In this document: piece by piece, positions 37,062 through 43,975 of the stretch
Layout of the letters: each line of letters opens with the position of its first letter
Numbering within the stretch: the stretch's first letter is position 1
Assembly: GCA_963714975.1 (NCBI GenBank)
Contig: CAVQQD010000002.1
Coordinates: forward strand, 672,001-736,000
DNA length: 64,000 bases
From: an uncultured Gammaproteobacteria bacterium
GTDB taxonomy: Bacteria > Pseudomonadota > Gammaproteobacteria > JAURND01
Direction: 5' to 3'
The notes under the pieces: generated by a model
Databases searched by the model: none
Told to the model about the DNA's origin: nothing
The model's input: the letters and a program-made list of their open reading frames with translations, nothing else
Position numbers and translations under genes: made by a program

Positions 37062-38750
37062 ATGAGCACAGCAAGGTCTGAAAAATTATTGAAAGCTATC
37101 AGGCAAGATGATGCAACCGCGGTTAGACAGATAATTGCCTCTGCAGAAGAAAATATTAATCAACTATTTCCCATAGATAATTGGAGAGAAATGGTCCCAA
37201 TAACCTATGCAATCACCTTGGGGAAAACACAGGCTTTAAGTGCTTTATTAGAAGCAAAACATTTACAAGTAAACCAAATAAACCTCGAAGGAGAAGACCC
37301 TCCCTTATTTCTTGCAATGAAAAACGACCAGTTAGAGTGCTTCAAAATTTTATTAGCCGACCCGAGGGTTGATATCAATGCAACTGGCACCATGTACAAA
37401 TACACTCCATTGATTGCGAGTGTTTCAACAAAAAAAAAACAATTCTTCCAGGCTTTACTTGACTCAAAAAGAGCGAGCGAACTTGATGTAAACAAACAAT
37501 GTCAAGACACGGTAGGCTCAGCAATTGGTTGGGCTGCCTTTAGAGCTGACTTATTTTATCTGCAAAAATTGTTGCGCCACCCTAAAATAATAATACAGGA
37601 TGATCAGAATCATATTAAAGATAAACTTGATAATGAGAAGAATCTCTCCAAAGCTGAAGATTTGAGATTGCTTGAAGAAGCCGTTGCACGCGGGCGTTTG
37701 AATGCAAATACAAATGAAAATCCCCAGCCCCCTAGTGAAAATAAAGTTACTGCACTTCAGCCTATCAGCGACGAAACAAGGCCTAACAGATTACTTCAAG
37801 CAATAAATGATGATAACGAAGAGGAGATTAGGCGGATAATTACCTCAAAGGAAGAGAATATTAATAAACGATTTACTATTGATTGTGGGGACGTCATGGT
37901 TCCTTTAACCTATGCAGTTACTAAGGGCAAAGCAAAGGCTTTAAAAGCTTTATTAGAGGCAAAGGATATAGAGTTAAACCCCAAAGAAGTGTCTGGCCTC
38001 CCTTTATTTCTCGCAATGAAAAACGACCAGTTAGAGTGCTTCAAAATTTTATTAGCCGACCCGAGGGTTGATATTAATGCAACTGACACTATGTACGCCA
38101 TTACTCCCTTGATTGACAGTGTTTATAAGAAAAAAGAACTATTCTTTAAGGCCTTACTAGAATCAAAAAGAAAAATAGATGTAAACAAATCTTCTGAACT
38201 ATCCACAGCACTTGAATGTGCTTGCAAGCCTACTGAACTATTTTATCTGCAAGCGTTGTTGCGCCTTCCTGAGATAACAGTACCTGATAAATCCCTCTAT
38301 GGTTCAGATATTCAAGTTGCTGCGCACATTAGATCCAAGCTTGATACAGCGCAAAATCTCTCAAGGACTGATGATTTGAGATTTTTAGACCAAGCCATTG
38401 CATGTGGAAATCCTGACCAAGGCAAATATAAGCGTAGATCAGGCATTTTTGTAGCTGTAGCAATTCCTTTAATTTATACCATTGGAGTTATCGGAATCCC
38501 TTTGGGATTTACGCGCAAACCTCAGGAGACCTATGAAGCTTTTGAAAAATTACATTTAGACGGTTTAATAGATAACATTTCGGAGTCGACAAAGGCCCAA
38601 GTAATGGCTGGGATGATAGGAGGGGTGCTTTTAATTGCATTGTTAGTTACTGCAGGTATTTTAATTAAGAACAATCCACCACCCGCAAAAGAATCTAAGG
38701 ATGATGGTAACCATTCACCACAATTAAATGGCAGCCAAGCCTTACAATGA
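37062..38750 (+). CDS. ankyrin-repeat protein with an internal duplication and a C-terminal TM pair (candidate effector)
   Basis: Repeated P(I/L)TYA..., PLFLAMKN..ECFKILL...DINAT and TPLI motifs; two ~230-aa modules; two hydrophobic segments near the C-terminus. Confidence 0.82.
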   Translation: MSTARSEKLLKAIRQDDATAVRQIIASAEENINQLFPIDNWREMVPITYAITLGKTQALSALLEAKHLQVNQINLEGEDPPLFLAMKNDQLECFKILLADPRVDINATGTMYKYTPLIASVSTKKKQFFQALLDSKRASELDVNKQCQDTVGSAIGWAAFRADLFYLQKLLRHPKIIIQDDQNHIKDKLDNEKNLSKAEDLRLLEEAVARGRLNANTNENPQPPSENKVTALQPISDETRPNRLLQAINDDNEEEIRRIITSKEENINKRFTIDCGDVMVPLTYAVTKGKAKALKALLEAKDIELNPKEVSGLPLFLAMKNDQLECFKILLADPRVDINATDTMYAITPLIDSVYKKKELFFKALLESKRKIDVNKSSELSTALECACKPTELFYLQALLRLPEITVPDKSLYGSDIQVAAHIRSKLDTAQNLSRTDDLRFLDQAIACGNPDQGKYKRRSGIFVAVAIPLIYTIGVIGIPLGFTRKPQETYEAFEKLHLDGLIDNISESTKAQVMAGMIGGVLLIALLVTAGILIKNNPPPAKESKDDGNHSPQLNGSQALQ

Positions 38751-38795
38751 TAAATTTAGCTCTATAAAGTTTTGTGGGTAAAAACCAGTGAATGA

Positions 38796-38850
38796 TCCCT
38801 TCTCCCACAGCGATTTTCTGTGGGAGAAGGTGCCGAAGGCGGATGAGGGC
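38796..38850. repeat. boxC-like repeat
   Basis: TCCCTTCTCCCACAG...CTGTGGGAGAAGGTGCCGAAGGCGGATGAGGG. Confidence 0.82.
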
Positions 38851-38851
38851 A

Positions 38852-38955
38852 GATGTACTCCGATTTATGGATCAGGATTATGTCCCTTTCACTAACAATC
38901 AAGGTGAAAATGACATTCGTATGACCAAAGTTCAGCAAAAAATATCAGGATGTTT
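38852..38955 (+). pseudogene. IS66-family transposase fragment
   Basis: VLRFMDQDYVPFTNNQGENDIRMTKVQQKISGC matches the IS66 C-terminal VPF.NN.AE.DIRM.KV.QKISGCF motif. Confidence 0.8.
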
Positions 38956-39008
38956 AGGCGCGCATTACTATCTTGCTGAGTTTCTAATACAGTTAATTGC
39001 GCTAGCAG
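38953..39008 (-). repeat. 56-bp copy of an internal piece of the Rpn-like gene
   Basis: 53/56 identical to 42419-42474, same orientation. Confidence 0.85.
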
Positions 39009-39101
39009 GAAAGCAGGTTAGACTAGAAGCAGCAGAGGTAGGATTTTGGCGGAGCAGCCGAAATGTTGCTCTGCTGCTTCGTGCATAATCCTAGGTTTTT
39101 G

Positions 39102-39188
39102 GTGAGCTCAAACTGAACTGAAGTCCCGTCGCCCGCCTACGGGGTCCTGCCGCGCGAGCAACGGGACTTCAGTTCAGTTTGAGCTCAC
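39102..39188. repeat. hairpin element with perfect 28-bp arms
   Basis: GTGAGCTCAAACTGAACTGAAGTCCCGT (39102-39129) and its exact reverse complement (39161-39188). Confidence 0.88.
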
Positions 39189-39294
39189 GAATCTCCTAAC
39201 CTTATGTAGTAGAAAATTCGCAGCTATATACTAGACTTACACGGAATAGGTTAAGTTATATGTGGAAATTTGTGAATTTTATGGGAGGTGTGTT

Positions 39295-39432
39295 ATGAGA
39301 ATTGAGAAAAAACCTGTTAAAATTTTAGATCCAGATTATGGTCGAAAGTGGACTAATGGAAATGGACCAGGAAAAATTGATGAAAAAGAATATTTGTCGT
39401 TGTGTGAAAAGGTAAAAAAATTGGAAAAATGA
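39295..39432 (+). CDS. 45-aa candidate RiPP precursor peptide (not in ORF track)
   Basis: GGGAGGTG SD then MRIEKKPVKILDPDYGRKWTNGNGPGKIDEKEYLSLCEKVKKLEK*; directly upstream of, and co-oriented with, two YcaO genes. Confidence 0.72.
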   Translation: MRIEKKPVKILDPDYGRKWTNGNGPGKIDEKEYLSLCEKVKKLEK

Positions 39433-39468
39433 TCCGCAGGGTCAAATTAAATGCATTAACTAAATATT

Positions 39469-39493
39469 AAGCTGTCATATGACATGGCAGCTT
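39469..39493 (+). terminator. stem-loop between the peptide gene and ycaO (leaky terminator or mRNA stabiliser)
   Basis: AAGCTGTCAT-ATGAC-ATGGCAGCTT stem (one G-U pair), with only a weak T-tail. Confidence 0.55.
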
Positions 39494-39533
39494 GATTTCG
39501 TTCGTTATATAATCCGGCGGGCTTATTCCTATC

Positions 39534-40739
39534 ATGATAAATTTCGAGCGTTCCTTCTCTCCCGATAATGCAATACACTATTTTGATAATAAAGAACATA
39601 ATTTAGAGATTGATTTAATTCGTTTTGATGGTAAATACCCAGTATATAAATGTTATTTGACCGATAATAATAATTCTCATACCTATATTGGTGGCGGTGG
39701 AGGATTGGGGTCTGCGAGCCAGGCTGCTGCACTTTTTGAATCTGCACAACATTATTTTTCGACACGTGGGTTACAAGATAATCTAAAAGACATCCATTTT
39801 TTTCCTATCGTTGAAGCCCCAGAATTGGGATATCTGTCAAAAACTGAATTTTTACCGGGTAATTTATGCAACTTCCCAGATCAAGAGCTTCCTTGGTTAC
39901 AATATAAAAGTTACACGGATGAACAAATCATCTATTATCCAGTAACATTGACCGAAGTTAGGTTGCACCATTTTCCTAAATTTAAAGATTATATGGATTT
40001 TAATTGGATGAGCCATGATACTGGCATGGCCATTGGCAGTGATTTTATGGAGGCAAGTATACATGGCATCAACGAATGGATTGAACGCGAATCATATGGT
40101 TTTTTATTATTGAAGTTATTTATTAATAAATCGAATAAAAAAATTCGTTTGCTAGATCATTTCACTATCCCAGAACATTTATTTCAACTTGTGAAATATA
40201 TTGAGCAAAATTTTAGCGATGATCTATTGATCGTTGATATAACTAGCGATATAAATGTACCTGCTTTTCTTGTCTCATTTACCAAACAACCAGCAATTTT
40301 CCAACCAAGGGGAATGGCTGCCTCATTATCCAAATCTTGTGCCTTGGAACGTGCTATCTATGAAGCTTTGCAGGCACGCATGCTTTACAATGAGAAATCT
40401 AAAGAATCGGAGTTTCATTGCATTAAGTCTTTAAAAAATACTCCTTTATTGTTAAAAGCTGCAGAATGTAACCTGACAGATTTAATCAATAACGACGAAT
40501 ATGTGTCTATTAATTTTTCGCAAGTTGCTGACTATTCTTCTTTGACCGACTTATCTGAACAGCTCAATAAACTGCATAATTTATTAAGCAGTAAAGGTCT
40601 TAAGGCTTTTTATCATTACTATGCATTAACTGATCACCTGGTATGTTTAGGGGTTATTATTCCAGGGCTAGATCAGTTTTTTATGGTGAGATGTGGTAGG
40701 TTTATTATGCCAAATTCTCGAGGATTGCAACTTTTGTAA
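39534..40739 (+). CDS. YcaO-family protein A (degenerate N-terminal ATP-binding motif)
   Basis: DTGMAIG...EASIHGINEWIERES, VDITSDINVPAF, G.AAS....ALERAIYEALQ, VIIPGL. Confidence 0.88.
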   Translation: MINFERSFSPDNAIHYFDNKEHNLEIDLIRFDGKYPVYKCYLTDNNNSHTYIGGGGGLGSASQAAALFESAQHYFSTRGLQDNLKDIHFFPIVEAPELGYLSKTEFLPGNLCNFPDQELPWLQYKSYTDEQIIYYPVTLTEVRLHHFPKFKDYMDFNWMSHDTGMAIGSDFMEASIHGINEWIERESYGFLLLKLFINKSNKKIRLLDHFTIPEHLFQLVKYIEQNFSDDLLIVDITSDINVPAFLVSFTKQPAIFQPRGMAASLSKSCALERAIYEALQARMLYNEKSKESEFHCIKSLKNTPLLLKAAECNLTDLINNDEYVSINFSQVADYSSLTDLSEQLNKLHNLLSSKGLKAFYHYYALTDHLVCLGVIIPGLDQFFMVRCGRFIMPNSRGLQLL

Positions 40740-40758
40740 AAATAAAGGATAAATATTT

Positions 40759-42015
40759 ATGGATGAGAACTTTATCAATTGTGAACGCATTGTTCCTTCT
40801 ATCCAAGCTTTGAAGATTGTCATGACGGAATTAAATCATCTGGGTTTAGATTTGGAGTATAAATGTGCGGGAAATACTCTGCAAACATATCATTGCAAAT
40901 TGATTGATCCAGTGAATAATTGGATTTTTTATGGTTGTGGTAAGGGTATCGGCATCCAATCGAAGGTCAGTGCTACATTTGAGGCTCTGGAACATTATTA
41001 TTGTTATAAACTTGCTACCAATAATAAACATGATTCTTTAAAATTTATGAGTTATGCAGAGGTGTTGGGTAAAGAGTCAAATCTACCGGTATCAAATTTT
41101 TTACCTAAACGCATGATCGCAGAGGAATTTAGCAACATCACTCTGCCTTGGGTTGAATTTGTAACTTTTCAAAATAACAACGAATTTTATTATCCGTTAT
41201 TCTTAATCGAGCCCCACTATCTTAAATTTGGCGATAAATTTAATGAAGATTATTATGATTACCAGGATTTATGCTCATTAGCCTGTGACTCGGGGACAGC
41301 TTCAGGTAGTTCATTTATTGAGGCAGCGCTGCATGGACTAAATGAATGTGTTGAGCGTGATGCAACTTCAATTTTTTTAGTAGAAGCTTTCCTTAAACAA
41401 AACCCTATTCATTTAATTGATAAACTAACTTTACCTGAGAACTTGCTTCAATATGTCAAATTAATTGAGGAAGAATTTGATGATGAATTGGCAGTTGTAG
41501 ATATTACCTCTGATAGCGGTATCCCAACCTTTTGTGTAGCGTTTACTAGACAAAATGTATTGATACAACCCAAGGGATTTGGTACTTCATTAAATAAAAA
41601 TTATGCCTTGGAGCGAGCACTATTAGAATCATTACAGCCTTTGCACTTACGTAATGCAAATTTAGTGCAAATGGAAAAAATTATTTTACAAAATTTTGTG
41701 TCATATCCTAAATTACAGGCTGCAGCTATTGCAGATATAGCACAGATGGTTACGGATAAGAATTTTATTACCACTTCTTTTCAAAAATTAGCGGATCCTA
41801 TCCAAAATTATTCAGACATTTCCAGTCAATTAGTAGAAATTATCCGTAGAATAAACGCGATTGGATTAACCCCACATTACATGTATTTAACTGCAGCAGA
41901 AAATGAAGTGACTTGCTTAAAACTTATAGTTCCTGGGATGGATAACTTCTTTTTAGTTAGCGATGGAAAGTTAGTGTTGCCTGGTAAACGTAGTCTTAAA
42001 GAGAAGGATTTTTAG
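40759..42015 (+). CDS. YcaO-family protein B
   Basis: GKG....SKVSATFEALEH, DSGTASG...EAALHGLNECVERDA, VDITSDSGIPTF, ALERALLESLQ, LIVPGM. Confidence 0.92.
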   Translation: MDENFINCERIVPSIQALKIVMTELNHLGLDLEYKCAGNTLQTYHCKLIDPVNNWIFYGCGKGIGIQSKVSATFEALEHYYCYKLATNNKHDSLKFMSYAEVLGKESNLPVSNFLPKRMIAEEFSNITLPWVEFVTFQNNNEFYYPLFLIEPHYLKFGDKFNEDYYDYQDLCSLACDSGTASGSSFIEAALHGLNECVERDATSIFLVEAFLKQNPIHLIDKLTLPENLLQYVKLIEEEFDDELAVVDITSDSGIPTFCVAFTRQNVLIQPKGFGTSLNKNYALERALLESLQPLHLRNANLVQMEKIILQNFVSYPKLQAAAIADIAQMVTDKNFITTSFQKLADPIQNYSDISSQLVEIIRRINAIGLTPHYMYLTAAENEVTCLKLIVPGMDNFFLVSDGKLVLPGKRSLKEKDF

Positions 42016-42048
42016 GATGTTGAGTGAATTTGTGACTCAACAACCGAT

Positions 42049-42261
42049 CTAATCAGCAAACACCTCATCTAAGGTTTTAGCATCAAAAATACGATCAGCC
42101 CATAATAGGAGCGTATCGGCATCAGCTTGCATAACCTGGGTTAGGTAAGTGGAGGGTATCGAGTGAAAGCGACGCTGCAGCAGGCGAATTAATATAGTAG
42201 ATTCACCTTGTTGAATCCCCTCTTGTCTGCCAATACGTTGTGGGGTAGTAATATAATTCAT
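42049..42261 (-). CDS. intact internal 70-aa ORF, putative Rpn small (antitoxin-like) protein
   Basis: GAGGAGGAAAAACGT-ATG internal SD and start; MNYITTPQRIGRQEGIQQGE...LDEVFAD*. Confidence 0.5.
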   Translation of the reverse strand: MNYITTPQRIGRQEGIQQGESTILIRLLQRRFHSIPSTYLTQVMQADADTLLLWADRIFDAKTLDEVFAD

Positions 42262-42704
42262 ACGTTTTTCCTCCTCAATATGTTTTATGGCCTGATTGTA
42301 TATTGGCTCGAGTTCTTTGGGAAGGGTAATCAGCCAATCAAGCAAAGTAAATAACCGAATAATATCTTGTTTACTATAGCCTTTCTCATATAATTGGCGT
42401 GTAAGAGCCGTCTTAGCTTTTAGGCGTGCTTTACTATCTTGCTGAGTTTCTAATACAGTTAATTGCCCTAGCAGCACTATGGCAAAGCGATTGTTGGCAG
42501 CTTCAAGTTCTTGCCGACGGGTTTGATATGAACTCTTTATCCAAGGATTCGTAGTCTTTAAGACCAATCAATTTGTGTTGCAATATGGGGAAAACAAAAC
42601 TCCATAAAATCGCGAAAATAAAGGCCCAAGCTTTGTTTCCAGGGACTGTCATAATCGGGGCGAGTATCTTGTTTTTCAATAGGTGTAATTGTCTCGGTAT
42701 TCAT
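42049..42704 (-). pseudogene. Rpn/YhgA-like PD-(D/E)XK nuclease gene with a DUF4351-like C-terminus, disrupted
   Basis: From ATG 42704: ...DYDSPWKQSLGLYFRDFMEFCFPHIATQIDWS*DYESLDKE (in-frame stop). The central nuclease core is missing and the frame changes to ...ELEAANNRFAIV...EGIQQGE..ILIRLLQRRF...LDEVFAD. Confidence 0.8.
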
Positions 42705-42835
42705 CCGTTCATCTTAGAAAAAAATGAGGCTTTCGCAATACCGTAGTGGTGCCCACTTACACCCTAATGCAACACCGTTCTTGCATTTATTATATCTCGT
42801 TGAATAATAAGGAACCTCAGGTGGTGACACCTGAG

Positions 42836-42912
42836 GCGCGCGGTACGGATGTTACAAGCATCCGCGACCGAACTTCCACATGACAACTCAGTCAGGAGTT
42901 AGCCATATGACG
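42836..42912 (-). ncRNA. SymR-like antisense RNA
   Basis: Minus strand GTCATATGGCTAACTCCTG...CGGTCGCGGATGCTTGTAACATCCGTACCGCGC parallels E. coli SymR as recalled (GTCATA..GCTA.CTCC...CATCCG.ACCGCGC). It covers the SD and ATG 42907 and has its own TTGGAA-N16-TAAAAT promoter inside the ORF. Confidence 0.6.
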
Positions 42913-43743
42913 TTTTTGATTTTAGCCTATCGTTGGTTGTTTCCAAACTGCTTTTTACATTTTGCCCCTGGTTGTCGTTTTCACCTTACCTTTTTGCAAT
43001 TGCGTAATGCAGCGATTAGTAATTTGTTAACGCGCAAGGATCCTTATTGGAAAGAGCTTCCGCTGCACTTATCTGCACGATTGGCATTAGTCCGCAGAAT
43101 GGACAAATTAAAAGCGAGCCTCCAGGAAGATAAAAAAGTAGTAAGATCTTTATACCCTTTGGTGTCATACATTACTGATTTTTCTGGAATTACTAATTTT
43201 TTGCCTAAAGAAGGCAAGTTAACAAAAAACGTTTTGGATGCGGATAGCCGGGCATTAGAGCGAACAGTAACATTGTATGAACGATTTTGCTCATCTACCT
43301 CTGAAGTCAAAGAGGCAAAGGACACAGATCATAACCCCACTCTCGAAATTAAAGGCACAAAGCCTCGAGACCTTGAGCTCGTCACAGATAATTCCGGCTC
43401 TTGTTGCAATATTAAGAAGATATTAAATTTTACTGCGCAAGGCATTGTTACATTACATGTATCCTCAGCTGTGACAATTGCTGTAACGGAATTAGGAAGC
43501 GTGGTAAAGGAATCCATTGGTAGAGGTTTTTTTGCCACAGTTACTAAATTCAATGACTTAATGTTGCAATCGAACTTTACTAAGGGAATAAGCGGGGCTT
43601 ATTTTGGATTAGCAGTTATATTATTTTTACTATGGCTTGCAAATAACTATCGTAAGAATAATTATATTCAAAAGGCACAGCATAACGACTACGAACAAAG
43701 ACTGCCTACAGCTAATTCTGCTATGACTCAACAACCGATTTAA
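42907..43743 (+). CDS. hypothetical protein with C-terminal hydrophobic segments
   Basis: Long open frame; CAGGAG SD before ATG 42907; TM-like AYFGLAVILFLLWLA near the C-terminus; no family recognised. Confidence 0.55.
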   Translation: MTFLILAYRWLFPNCFLHFAPGCRFHLTFLQLRNAAISNLLTRKDPYWKELPLHLSARLALVRRMDKLKASLQEDKKVVRSLYPLVSYITDFSGITNFLPKEGKLTKNVLDADSRALERTVTLYERFCSSTSEVKEAKDTDHNPTLEIKGTKPRDLELVTDNSGSCCNIKKILNFTAQGIVTLHVSSAVTIAVTELGSVVKESIGRGFFATVTKFNDLMLQSNFTKGISGAYFGLAVILFLLWLANNYRKNNYIQKAQHNDYEQRLPTANSAMTQQPI

Positions 43744-43789
43744 TCAGCAAACACCTCATCTAAGGTTTTAGCATCCAGAAAACGATCAG
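43724..43789 (-). repeat. copy of the Rpn-like gene 3' end and its downstream bases
   Basis: 62/66 identical to 42033-42098, same orientation. Confidence 0.85.
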
Positions 43790-43879
43790 TCTGTACTAAA
43801 GCCTTTCAATGCGGTCTTGCATTTGCTATAAACTTGTTAAATAATGTGTTCCAAAATGCTGAAAGCTATCTTCAAACAT

Positions 43880-43954
43880 CCTCATCCGGCCTGCGGCCAC
43901 CTTCTCCCTAATCCCCTTCCCCTTTTTAAAGGGGAAGGGGATTAGGGAGAAGGG
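43880..43954. repeat. boxC-like repeat with an extended hairpin
   Basis: CCTCATCCGGCCTGCGGCCACCTTCTCCCTAATCCCCTTCCCCTTT...AAAGGGGAAGGGGATTAGGGAGAAGG. Confidence 0.82.
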
Positions 43955-43975
43955 ATATTAAGAGAGATAATTCTG

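Noticed and set aside
38792-39088. 98-aa ORF as a real gene or as part of the YcaO cluster
   Set aside because: It is a chimera of a repeat, an IS66 fragment and an antisense Rpn fragment.
39534-42015. Classical TOMM/thiazole-oxazole or YcaO-TfuA thioamide cluster
   Set aside because: No E1-like, dehydrogenase or TfuA gene is adjacent, there are no Pro-rich YcaO C-termini, and the peptide is poor in Cys/Ser/Thr. Kept instead as an unassigned YcaO system.
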